From Octopus vulgaris (Eukaryota): a stretch of 64,000 nt of DNA. Positions 52,574-64,000 of this stretch are shown piece after piece. Positions within the stretch are counted from its first letter, which is position 1, and the number at the start of each line of letters is the position of its first letter. The position numbers and the translations under genes were made by a program. Location of the stretch: positions 13,764,001 to 13,828,000 of the forward strand of contig OX597840.1 in NCBI GenBank assembly GCA_951406725.2, given 5' to 3'. The notes under the pieces were generated by a model, which worked only from the letters and a program-made list of their open reading frames with translations, had not been told where the DNA came from and searched no databases.

Positions 52574-52669
52574 TAATCTAAACAAGAAAACACAAAAAAA
52601 CACAACAACGTGAGGACGTGGAACAAATATAGTATTATTGGACGCTCAGGAAAGAAGGAAAGAAGGAGG

Positions 52670-52707
52670 GTTTAACAACGTTTCGAGCAGAGCTCTTCGT
52701 CGGAAAC
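52670..52707 (-). ncRNA. Variant hammerhead (CCGACGA core) in TA-flanked insert 52570-52780
   Basis: GTTT-CCGACGA-AGAGC tct GCTC-GAAA-CG-TT(gtt)/AAAC. Confidence 0.55.
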
Positions 52708-52804
52708 ATAGGAGAAGGAAAGATCCAGAGAAGGGAAGACAGAGGAAAAAAAAATCGCCAACGGTACACATGAGGTCTCATATATGTATATATACATGTA
52801 TATG

Positions 52805-52864
<60 letters not shown>

Positions 52865-52911
52865 CTATGTGAACTGACAGGGGAGACAACCTTCCCACAG
52901 CAAGCAAATTG

Positions 52912-52962
52912 CATTAGATTTGCATGCTAATTTCGTGCAGAAATTAATCCTCATCAGTAATG
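52912..52962 (-). ncRNA. Type I hammerhead ribozyme motif in TA-flanked insert 52861-53190
   Basis: CATTA-CTGATGA-G...C-GAAA-TTAGCATGCAAA-TC/TAATG; perfect 5-bp stem I, near-palindromic stem III, 1-bp stem II. Confidence 0.8.
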
Positions 52963-53191
52963 TTCACTCATTTGTTTGTGGTGAAGCTGAACTCCTGCCT
53001 GTCAGTATTATAGAAAATACCTAAGGAATCAGTGGCTGATTCCACAAAATGGTAATGTGAAAATTATGAAATAATTAAGGTGTCTAGATGCAATTTTAAA
53101 CCAAAAATGAAATAATTCGCTGTCACTAAAAGTGACCAACAGTGCAGTAAGCACCAGCATTGCTACAAATATATACACACGTATACATGTT

Positions 53192-53340
<149 letters not shown>

Positions 53341-53399
53341 GCGATGGTTGTCTATCTGGTATGATGTTTTTGTTTATTCATGATATATCTTGGATTCGC

Positions 53400-53459
53400 T
53401 TCACTGAAGAGCAAGGGATGCAGATACTGCGTTAATTGCGAAATCACAGGTGATATGGA
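53400..53459 (+). ncRNA. Type I hammerhead ribozyme motif in TA-flanked insert 53338-53722
   Basis: TTCA-CTGAAGA-GCAA..ATGCAG ata CTGCGT..TTGC-GAAA-TCAC ag GTGA-TA/TGGA; all three stems pair. Confidence 0.85.
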
Positions 53460-54014
53460 ACTAAATTCTGTTTTTAAATGACTCGCTTCGAGAATTGCAT
53501 TCGGTACGATTTGTTTATATTTGGTAGTTATAACTTTAAGACTCCCTCCTAGTGTGCGGCATTTATGTGTAATAATGCCCTCTATACAATATAAATAAAT
53601 ATTTTCAAAGAAAAAAATTTACAGTTTTTTCTCTTATGAGGTTTTTCACGCTAACTACTTGATAATTTCTTGTTAAGATTTCTTATTAAGATTTTATCCT
53701 ATTTTTAAAATATTTTAAAATTTATATATATATACATATATACGTGAACACAGACATATATATATATATATATATACATATCCGTACATATACATATACA
53801 CATAAATACACACACACACACACATACATATGTATACATACAGAACACAATGTAAAGTGGTTGGCTTTAAGAAGGACATCTAGGGATAGAAACCATGCCA
53901 AAGCGGACAGTGGAACTTCACAATGGTTAGTGGTAACAGGATTGAATAGCAACAGTATAATGGCATGAGGGAAGAAGAGAAAGTCATAGGAGGGACATAC
54001 AAATATATATATAT

Positions 54015-54690
54015 AACCAGCCCCAGCCCATTCAAAGTACCTCGGATCGTAGGACGACCTGCTGTGCTTACTTTGGATCGTAGGGAGACCTGCTGTGCTT
54101 GAGGAGACCTCTTGAGTCAAGTACATCAACAACAAAATAAAAATCAAATGGAAGTTGTAGTTATGATACCCAAGCTGGTGTCATGTAAAAAGCACCATCC
54201 AAAAGTGGCCAATGCCAGCACCGCCTTGACTGGCTTCCATGAAAAAAGCACCAACCGATCGTGACTGTTGTCAGCCTCCTCTGGCCCCTGTGCCAGTGGC
54301 ATGTAAAAAGCACCCACTACATTCATGGAGTGGTTGGCGTTAGGAAGAGCATCCAGCTGTAGAAACACTGCCAAATCAGATTGGAGCCTGGTGCAGCTTC
54401 CTGGCTTCCCAGACCCCAGTCAAACCATCCAACCCATGCTAGCATGGAAAACGGATGTTAAATGATGATGATGATGATAATGATGATATATATACACACA
54501 CAAACATAAGTCATCATCATCATAATTCAAGGTCGATTTTCCATGCTAGCATGGTTTGGATGGTTCGACCGGGGTCTGGGAAGCCAGGAGGCTGCACCAA
54601 GCTCTACTTCCTGCTTTCTTTGGCATGGTTTCTACATCAATCACTTAAGAGACACCATCCACTTTGCAGAGGGTATTGGGTGCATTTTAG
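54015..54690. mobile_element. Tail-to-tail RTE 3' ends (54015-54485 +, 54510-54690 -)
   Basis: Terminal motifs with (GAT)n/(CAT)n facing each other. Confidence 0.8.
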
Positions 54691-55289
54691 TGACAGCAAC
54701 TTGCAAGACATGACCCCCTCAGCTGAGCAGGGAGCAGTATTGAGGGAGATGGTTTTGTGCCCCAGGTAATGAGAGGTTAGTGTATGAATAAAGGAACAGT
54801 AGTTAGTGTCTTGCTGTAGAGGAAATGCATGGCAACCCCAGTTGATAAAGGGAAAAAAGAGAGACCTAAAAGTGTGTATAGAGGACTGGATAAGGTGAGC
54901 AGGCAGGTGAAAGTGTGAGAGGAGAATAAATGATTGAAGGGTGGGAGAGATTAATCAGGGATAGATTGCATACAGGTAAGTTCAGGAGTATGTGAAAGAG
55001 GAGTGGGAGGCAGAGGGGAAGGGAATGCATGAGAGGTGAAGATAGGTGAAGGGAAGTGGGTGATAGGAAGATAAGTTGTGGCCATCTTAATTTCAAGATT
55101 TTGCCATAAAGGGAGAAGCTTGTGGGTTGGACATAAACATTAATGAGATGAGTGGTTGAAAGGATGGTATTAATGGGAGAAGATAAAAGATGCCCGCCGA
55201 TCTTTTGCTTCTCTAAAACACTTCTTTTTTCCTTTTTATCTTTTTTTTTAAACATTTCATGACTTATTACATAATAATAACAGATAAAA

Positions 55290-55601
55290 GATAAACGTTG
55301 CCCTTTTCAAGCCTAGCCAGGTTCATGGGCCTGGTTTCCCGGCTTCTGTGGCATATGTGTTCCCTACAGCTGGACGGGAGGCTAGTCCATCACAGCCTAA
55401 CTCAAGAAACAGGAAGAGAGCGTGAGAGAAAGTTGTGGTGAAAGAGTACAACAGGGGTCGCCACCATCCCCTGCCGGAGCCTCGTGGAGCTTTTAAGTAT
55501 TTTCGCTCAATAAACACACACAACGCCCGGTATGGGAATCGAAACCGCGATCCTCCGACTGCAAGTCTGCTGCCCTAACCACAGGGCCATTTCACCTCCA
55601 C
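55290..55601 (-). mobile_element. SINE family C, full length
   Basis: Reverse complement of the 7975 head with a 3' part like 32230-32300. Confidence 0.85.
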
Positions 55602-55964
55602 ATAATAATAACATACAAAACATAAATCATAGATTGTGGCGCAAAGCCTCTTATTGATCATTTCCGATCAAATCTCTTGCTGCCTGCAGGCAATCCCGCA
55701 GCAGCAAGTCGGGGACCCAGAAAAGATAGTAATCAATTATTTTATCAAAATAAATCTCATCCATGACCTCCACAGCCACCTGCGGGGGCCAGAATGGACT
55801 ATCCATTCAGGTCGGGACCACCAGTTCCCAACCTTCAAAACTAACCACAAAGTTGTCTACAGCCCCTCCCTTGAGATAGAAGACCACATATTCTTCATTA
55901 TTTTCACTGGGAGGGGCCACAGCCTCCTCCGCCGGTGGCACAATTCCCACCGACGAAGTGTTCT

Positions 55965-56245
55965 TCTTGAGGTCTTCTTAAGCACAGCAAATTGCAAATC
56001 ACCTCGGTCATTTGTTATTCCCTCTGTGAGACTCAACACCTCAAGATAACTTTTCATCACTTTCTCCCACATATTCCTGTGTCTCTCTCCTCCACATTTA
56101 GAGATCGGCACTTCTTTACACAGCAGTCTTCATCCATACTCATCACATGACCACACCAGTGCAGTTTCGTCTCTTGCAAACCGCGTCTGACGTTTCTTAT
56201 GCACAATTTTTCTCTCAATACACTTGCACCTTGTTGTACATATAC
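55965..56245 (-). pseudogene. Decayed RTE C-terminal fragment
   Basis: LREKLCIRNVRRGLQETKLHWCGHVMSMDEDCCVKKCRSLNVE...WEKVMKSYL. Confidence 0.75.
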
Positions 56246-56284
56246 ACTGCTACTGCATATCCAGTAAAGCATGCTTGCTTAAAT

Positions 56285-56660
56285 TCTTATTTCTTTACTG
56301 CCCACAAGGGGCTAAACAGAGGGCAGAAACAAGGAGAGACAAATGGAGTAAGTCGATTATATTGAACCCAGTGTGTAACTGGTACTTATTTAATCGACCC
56401 CAAAAGGATGAAAGGCATGGGTTGGACGATTTGACAGAGAACTAGCAAACCAGATGGCTGCACCAGGCTCCAGTCTGATCTGGCAGAGTTTCTACAGCTG
56501 GATGCCCTTCCTAGCACCAACCACTCCGAGAGTGTAGTGGGTGCTTTTACGTGCCACCAGCACGAGGGACAGTTAGTTGGTACTGGCGACGGCCATGCTC
56601 AAATGGTGTTTTTTACGTGCCACCTGCATAGGAGCCAGTCCAGCAGCACTGGCAACAACG
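56285..56660 (-). mobile_element. SINE B 3' part fused to an RTE tail
   Basis: Junction gaaaggcatgggttggacg, with ggca shared by both elements. Confidence 0.75.
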
Positions 56661-56936
56661 ATGTCTATAAATTTTTGTTGGTGGTTGTGTAAACCAAACC
56701 ATGGTGACATTAGACATTTCCACAAAGAGAGAGAGAGAGAGAGAGCTCTGTACTTTAACTATGAGTCTATTTATATGAGTCTATTGAAAAGAATCTATGT
56801 TTATCATATATACATATATATACATACATATATACATATATACATACATACACACATGGTGTCCAGAGTTAATTATTTATGAATTAACTATTTACAGTTA
56901 ATTCACAGATAGTTAATTCTGGGATATCCTGTATAA

Positions 56937-57000
<64 letters not shown>

Positions 57001-57109
57001 TATATATATATAGTTAATCCAAACAAGAAAACACAGAAAAAAACACAGCAACGCGAGGACGTGGAACAATTAAAGTATTATTTGATGCTCAGGAAAGAAG
57101 GGAAGGAGG

Positions 57110-57144
57110 GTTTCACGTTTCGAGCGGAGCTCTTCGTCGGAAAC
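57110..57144 (-). ncRNA. Variant hammerhead (CCGACGA core) in an insert from 57012, same family as 52570-52780
   Basis: GTTT-CCGACGA-AGAGC tcc GCTC-GAAA-CG-TG/AAAC; the cleavage triplet is GUG (non-NUH). Confidence 0.5.
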
Positions 57145-58286
57145 AAAGGAGAAGGAAAGATCCAGAGAAGGGAAGACATAGGAAAAAGATATTTTTGCTG
57201 GTGGTGCTCAAGAGATCACGTGTTGAAAGAACAGAATTTGAAAGGTAGACGAGTCATGATTTTTAAAAACAAGAGAGTTTCAAAGACAAGGAATGTGTGT
57301 GTGTGCAAGGATGACAAGTGTGTTTGTGCGTGCGTGCGTGTGTGTGTGTGTATGTATGTATGGTGAATAACAGGCATGGCAAGCCAGCTGTCATAAAGGA
57401 GTGGCACTTATTTGTATCCAGCGAGGTCAAAACCAGGTCGAAAACAAAGGGGTATATGTGTGTGCGTGTAAGTATATGTATCATGTGTGTGTGTTGTTTG
57501 TAGTGTGTGTGCATGTGTGTGTTCGTGTGTGTATGCATAGAGTTTGGGTGTGTGGTGAGTAACTGTGCTTAACCTAGTGTATGTGTGCGTGTGTGCTTGT
57601 ATGTGCGTGTGTGTGTGTAGGGATGTATGTGTGGGTTCATTTGTGTGAGTGTGTATGTATGTATGTGTATGTGTGTGTGTGTATGTGTGCGTTTGTATGT
57701 GTTTATATATATATATATATATATGGGTACAGGATGTCATCAGCTGTGCAAACAACATGAAATACTTAAACAAACAAGTTGAATGCATGAACAACAAGAG
57801 GAAAAAATGGAAAACAAGACAAGTAAACACGGAGAAATGACTCTTCATCAGTTGTCGGCTGTTTATCTACTCCTCATTTCGAGCATTCAATGACAATATG
57901 AGTCTTCAAAGAATGTTTCTCCCACAAATTCTAAAATAAAATTTAGGATTTATGGAAGGTCAAAGTTGGGAACAAATACAGGATAGGGGAGACATATAAG
58001 GAAACTGAACATGGAGGGTCGTTAGACCAGAACAAGAGGAAAATAGTGAATGCTAGGAGAAATATTTTCCTTGGAAAGATAGAAGAGACAGGAAAAAACG
58101 TCCATATATATATATATATGTATATATGTATATATAAAATAATGAGGAAATATATTTTTATATCATATATGTATATATATATATATATATATGAGTATAT
58201 GAATATAATATACAAAACTTGATATGAAATATATAAAACAGAATTAAAATAATTTTCATCTGTCATATTTTCGTTATTTTAGTATG

Positions 58287-58351
<65 letters not shown>

Positions 58352-58547
58352 GACTCCCTTCGGTCATGAATGACCATGGGATTGCACCTAGAAAGTTACA
58401 CTCTGAGGCACATGTCTGTGCAAGGTTGTTTATGGAAGACCAGCAGTCACCCACACATACCAGCCTCCCCTCTCCACGCCACTGATGTTATCCAAGGGAA
58501 AGGCAAAGACCGATACAGCTTGGCACCAGAGACGTTGCAGCTCATTT

Positions 58548-58853
58548 ATTAACGTGCAAGTGGCTGAGCACTCCACACACACATGTACCCTTAACGTAGT
58601 TCTTGGGGAGATTCAGCGTGACACAGAGTGTGATAAGGCTGGCCCTTTGAAATACAGGTAAAACAGAAACAGGAAGAAAGAGTGAAAGTTGTGGTGAAAG
58701 AGTACAGCAGGGTTCACCACCCCCTGCCGGAGCCTCGTGGAGCTTTAGGTGTTTTCACTTAATAAACACTCACAAAGCCCAGTCTGGGAATCGAAACCAT
58801 GATTCTATGACCACGAGTCTGCTGCCCTAACCACTGGGCCATTGCGCCTCCAC
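58548..58853 (-). mobile_element. SINE with a family C head and family D 3' body
   Basis: Head like 7975; body tatttcaaagggccagccttatcacactctgtgtcacgctgaatctcc like 62960-63010. Confidence 0.8.
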
Positions 58854-59221
58854 ATATATGTGTATGTGTGTGTGGAGAGAAAGAGAAAAGGGAAAATGGG
58901 ATTTAAAAATCTTGGCAGAAATGAAGTAAGCATCCAGTATTAAAGAATAAGTTTAAATTTCCAGCAAGTAGATTCTAATAAATTTCTGTAGAGTAGAAAT
59001 CCCAGGTAAATCCTCATGCATGACAGGTAAATCCAACAATCCTTATGCAGAGCTTTAAGAAATTCAGAGTCTTAACAACAATCAATAAAATGGATGAAGA
59101 AAATCATATTTTTATTTGAAAACACACTTTAAAAATCCAACAACTTGTTTCACTTGCATTTATATATACATACATACATTTTCATACGCACACACACACA
59201 CATATATACATCTATATATGC

Positions 59222-60145
59222 ACCCTGAGAGAAAAGTTGGATTTAAGAAGCATCAAATGTGGTGTGCAAGAGAGATGACTGTGCTGGTATGGTCATGTGG
59301 CAAGAATAGATGAGGATAGCTGTGGGAAAAAGTGTCACACCCTAGAAGTTGAGGGAACCTGTGGAAGAGGTAGACCCAGGAAAACCTGGGATGAGGTGGT
59401 GAAGCATCACCTTCAAACATTAGGCCTTACCAAAGCAATGACTAGTGACCGGGACCTTTGAAGATATGCTGTACCTGAGAAAACCCTACAAGCCAAGTGA
59501 GACCATAGCTCATGGCCTATGCCAGTGGGTGTAACCAGCCCGTTTATGAATACCCCTCGTTCATTGGACAATAAACCTTGCTTGTGAAGATAATGAGGCA
59601 AGTGAAATCAAAATCAAAATTGCTGACATGGCCGATGACAGTACCACCTGATTGGCACTTGTGCCAGTGGAATATTAAAAACACATCCGAACGTGGGGTG
59701 TAACTGACCCGCTTATGCGTACCCCTCATTCATTGGACAATGAACTTTGCTTGCAAAGATCTATTGAGGCAAGTGTAAACAAATCAAAATTGCTGACGTG
59801 GCCAATGACAGTACCACCTGATTGGCACTGATGCCAGTGGAACGTTAAAAGCACATCCGAGCGTGATTGTTGCCAGGCCCATGGATTGGCTCCTGTGCTG
59901 GTGACACACGAAAAGCACCATCCAAGTGTGATCGTTGCAAGCATTACTTTACTGGCACATGTGCTGCTGGCACATGTAAAACAACATTCGAGTGTGGTTG
60001 TTGCCAGAACCGCCTGATTGGCTCTTGTGCCGGTGGCATATAAAAGCACCCACTACACTCTCAGAGTGGTTGGCATTAGGAAGGGCATCAAGCTGTAGAA
60101 ACTTTGCCAGATCAGATTGAGCCTGGTGCAGCCTCTGGCTCACCA
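59222..60145 (+). mobile_element. RTE 3' end with a ~169-bp tandem duplication in the 3'UTR
   Basis: EVEGTCGRGRPRKTWDEVVKHHL; duplicate units at about 59527-59695 and 59696-59865. Confidence 0.85.
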
Positions 60146-60213
60146 GTATAATTTAATTTTTTCATTGTTGAATTGATAAAAGGTGTTTTTTTTTCTAATT
60201 TTATATATATGTG

Positions 60214-60266
<53 letters not shown>

Positions 60267-60389
60267 ATATAAATACACACACACATATATATATGTGTGT
60301 GTGTGTGTGTGTTGTCATTGTGAGCATTAACTCGTGTTCAAGTATTATATCTATAGCAAATGAATGGGCCTCTTTATCTTAATGCGTGC

Positions 60390-61620
60390 AGAAGGTGCCA
60401 GTGCCTGAGGTGGTTGTCCAGGCCAAGGGTGATATAGACGAGCTGGGACCATTTATCGAAGGGGAGGCTTGGCAGAGGATGAGGAAGTGCAAGTTTCTCT
60501 TTGCATCTTCAACGTCTGATCTCTGCTGCTCGACGTCTGTTATTTTCCATCGGGTCAGTTCTCTTCATAATGGCATGCTGCCACTTTGAACAGTCCTACA
60601 CGATTGCCTCACAGGTATTTGGGTCAACAGGGCAGCAGAGGGGAGTGGCCTTGAGCTGGTCTCAGAAACGGAATTTGGGTGCTCCGCACAGTCTGCTGCC
60701 TGAGGCCAACTTGACATAAAGAAGTTGACAGGGGAGGCATGTTTGAGGCATACATATGATGTGACCCAACCAATAAAGGTGGTGTCACACCTGGGCAGTC
60801 TGGCCCAGACTTCATTGGTAATATTCCCTTTCCATCAAATCCACATGATTGCACAACGTTTGTGTTGTTGGAAGCATTTGATTTTCAAGTAACATTGTAG
60901 AGGTGTGTGGAAAAGATGACGGCTCAGAATACCATGATTTTCATTTGGCTGGTGAAGTCATGATTTAGGAAGATTGATTTTGAGAGTTTCCTGAAAGCAG
61001 GGGTCAAACTAAAATGGGTATACAAGCTTTTGAAGAGGTTCACAACTTCTTGAAGATTGAAAACTGCAGGAGTGGCATTGTCATCAGTGTACTGCAGATC
61101 ATGTGGAGGCACAATGGCCCAGTGGTTAGAGCTGTGAACTTGCGGTCGTAGGATCGCAGTTTCGATTCTCAGACTGAGCATTGTGAGTGTTTATTAAGCG
61201 AAAACACCTAAAGCTCCACGAGGCTCTGGCAGGGGGTGGTGGTAAACCCTGCAGTACTCTTTCACCACAACTTTCTCTCCCTCTTTCTTCCTGTCTCTCT
61301 TGTACCTGTATTTCAAAGGGCCAGCCTTGTCACACTCTGTGGCACGCTGAATCTCCCCAAAGATCTAGGATCTCATGGATCATGACACCAAAGTAGAGGG
61401 AAAACAGACCAGGAGTAAGGATGCATCTTTGCTTCAGACCAGTCATAATTGGGAAGGAACTATAGAGAGCATTTTTGGCAATGACATTGTGTTGTGCACA
61501 GCCTGAACAAGGTTTGTAAATTGGTTGGGAGAACTGAAATGTTTCAAGGTGGCCCCCATTGTAGGTCCCAGCACAATGTCAAAGCCTTGGAGAAGGTTTT
61601 TGACAATGAACCAAGACCTG
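60390..61620 (-). pseudogene. Decayed RTE (BovB-like) RT and C-terminus, interrupted by a SINE at 61103-61358
   Basis: FPIMTGLKQRCILTPGLFSLYF, DLQYTDDNA, WLGHI..MPQTCLPCQLLY..L..G.R..GAPKFRF*DQLK. Confidence 0.75.
61103..61358 (+). mobile_element. SINE with a family C head and family D body
   Basis: gtggaggcacaatggcccagtggttag head. Confidence 0.85.
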
Positions 61621-61680
61621 ATATATATATAAAACTGTCCAACGTTTGGGAACATGAAACTCTGAGTAACAGATTTTGTG

Positions 61681-61730
<50 letters not shown>

Positions 61731-61772
61731 CATTATTAAATCTCAGAATGAGATGTAAACAGTAATCGCTCG

Positions 61773-61819
61773 ATAATGTAAAGTATAGAAGCCATCTTAA
61801 TATGGCTTCTATACTTTAC

Positions 61820-61824
<5 letters not shown>
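61773..61824. repeat. Perfect 23-bp inverted repeat within a ~95-bp TA-flanked insert
   Basis: ataatgtaaagtatagaagccat-cttaat-atggcttctatactttacattat. Confidence 0.9.
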
Positions 61825-61887
<63 letters not shown>

Positions 61888-61892
61888 CAGGA

Positions 61893-62240
61893 ACAGGGAT
61901 GGCTGTGTGGTAAGAAGCTTGCTACCAATCACATGGCTCACTCCCATTATATGGCACCTTGGGCAAATATCTTTTACTATAGCCTCAAGATGACCAAAGC
62001 CTTGTGAGTGGATTTGGTAGAAGGAAACTGAAAAAAGCCCATCGTGTGTGTGTGTGTGTGTTTGTCCCCCATCACTGCTTGACAACTGGTGTTGGTGTGT
62101 TTATGTCCCTGTAACTCAGTGGTTCAGCAAAAGAGACTGAAAAACAAACGTGAACTTGGGTCAATTGATTCGACTAAAATTCTTCTAGGTGGTGCCCCAG
62201 CATGGCCACAGCCTAATGTCTGAAAAAAATAAAAGTTAAA
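61893..62240 (+). mobile_element. SINE family A, diverged
   Basis: Family match. Confidence 0.8.
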
Positions 62241-62807
62241 AGACATATATAAATGTGTTTAGAATTTAGTTAGAAATATGAAGTCTTTGTCTTGTACTGA
62301 ATGCACAATGCTAACAACATTGCAAGTGACAGCATAAAAATGTTTAAAAAAAAAGAATGGTTAGCAAAAATTTCTTATAAATTATTTCACACAAATGGTT
62401 GCTGTAAATAATATTAAATAACTCAAGAACCAGAATTAAGTCTCGATATTCAATTCTGAAAAACACTTTCGGCTGCTCAATAGTTCCGTCACGCTTCATA
62501 AATAAGAATTTATTTTAGAAACATTTTCGTTGTTTTAAGGTTATTTCTAACAACCAAATATTTTAAATTGCTAATTATACAAGAAATATGACAATCGAAT
62601 CACCAAATACAAAGTTTTTATTCTAAAATAAATCATGAATGGAGTAAATATTGAAGATTACAGGAAAATGGATGAGATGAGTTGTCTGGTTGTGTTGTTG
62701 CTTTTCAGGGAGTGCTGAACGACACAGGAATTTAATACCACCACCACCAACACCACTTCCTCTTATTACACTAAGAGTCACTTTGAGTGTGCATGTCTAT
62801 GATACAT

Positions 62808-63130
62808 GTGGTGAGGGTGCGTGGCTTAGTGGTTAGGGCATTCGGCTCATGATTGTAAGGTTGTGAATTCGATTCCCGGCAAGGCATTGAATCCTTGAGC
62901 AAGTCTCTTTATTTCACGTTGCTCCAGTCCACTCAGCTGGCAAAAGTGAGTTGTACCTGTATTTCAAAGGGTCAGCCTTGTCACACTCTGTGTCATGCTG
63001 AATCTCCCTGAGAACTACGTTAAGGGTACACGTGTCTGTGGAGTGCTCAGTCTCTTGCATGTTAATTTAACGAGTAAGCTGTTTTGTTGATTGTATCAGC
63101 TGGGACCCTCATCATCGTAACCAATGTAGT
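62808..63130 (+). mobile_element. tRNA-derived SINE family D
   Basis: A box tggcttagtgg, B-box-like aattcgattccc, then tccttgagcaag...ttgctccagtccactcagctg. Confidence 0.8.
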
Positions 63131-63219
63131 GCTTCTATGATGTGTGTGAGTGTGCTTTAGTTTTTATTTTGGCATCATTGTACTCAGTCAAAAGAATAGC
63201 AAATACTGATAAAGCATGA

Positions 63220-63254
<35 letters not shown>

Positions 63255-63688
63255 TGTGTAGGTGTATGCCTTTTTCTTTCGTTTGTCCACTCACTCATAT
63301 ACATATCCTCATCATTTAACATCTGTTTCCCACGCTAGCATGGCTTGGATGGTTTGGTAGGGGCTGGCCTGCTGGGGAGCTGCACCAGGCTCCATTATAT
63401 ATATATATGATAACAAAGGGTAAAATTAATTAATTAAGAAGTAATCGTTAATTTCACCAAGTAGAATTTGGCATGAAAAAGACCATTTCATGGTAAGCTT
63501 AAGTAATACTTTATAATTAGGGTTCAGCATAGGTTTGCTTCACCACATACCGAAGTTTAGAAATAGCAGTCAAAAAATCTTAGCTATTCCTTCTACTTTA
63601 AAAGGGGCTCCCAGAAAAACCAAAGTACTTGAAAACAATCCACGCAGGCAAAAGGGAAAAATAACGAAAATCAATCAGTATTAGGTTA

Positions 63689-63774
63689 CCCACGTACACT
63701 CGTTTCGGAATTAGATTGTTGTAAAGAATAAATAGCTATACCTTACCCGACCATTTTCGGCTCATCAGCATGGG
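63689..63774 (-). ncRNA. Hammerhead motif in a TA-flanked element (from 63410) related to 8355-8600
   Basis: CCCATG-CTGATGA-G...C-GAAA-CGAGTG-TA/CGTGGG; 6-bp stem I including one G-U pair. Confidence 0.65.
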
Positions 63775-64000
63775 ATTCCAGAAATATTAATTATTAAATA
63801 TTAAATTCGAAGGCACTAGAGAATATCTCTCCACCTAACGGTATCAGAGAGATCACATTCAGTGCTAGTGCCGCCAAATTCAAAATACAAATGAGAGTTC
63901 ATCACCTTCCCCCACCCATTAGCGTGTCGCCAAGTAAGATGCTACAGAGAGAAACTGTAGTTTGTTATCAGGGATAAAGATTCCATTATCAATAATAACA

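Noticed and set aside
57730-57900. Two CTGATGA motifs and GCTCGAAA on the minus strand
   Set aside because: Could not close stems I and III in any hammerhead topology.

Overview
Eukaryotic, AT-rich, very repeat-dense DNA with no confidently identifiable host gene. The SINE and RTE repertoire looks like a coleoid cephalopod (Octopus); this is recalled, not checked against a database. Most listed ORFs are microsatellite artefacts. The window holds many copies of about four tRNA-derived SINE families, decayed RTE LINEs of two lineages, an R4/Dong-like LINE remnant, two maT/DD37D Tc1-mariner remnants, a non-autonomous Helitron and TTAA MITEs. The most notable signal is 13 type I hammerhead-ribozyme-like motifs read by eye (CTGANGA - stem II - GAAA - palindromic stem III - NUH - stem I, some with variant cores). 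They lie in short non-coding inserts within (TA)n tracts, often with fold-back inverted arms, and one lies in a 430-bp partial tandem, suggesting a diverse set of Penelope-like or retrozyme-type elements that target TA microsatellites. Also noted: a twin-priming-type 5' inversion in an RTE, an internal RT fragment bracketed by a 19-bp duplication, a unique hairpin cluster with a duplicated 17-nt arm (miRNA/ncRNA candidate), and weak candidate host exons.
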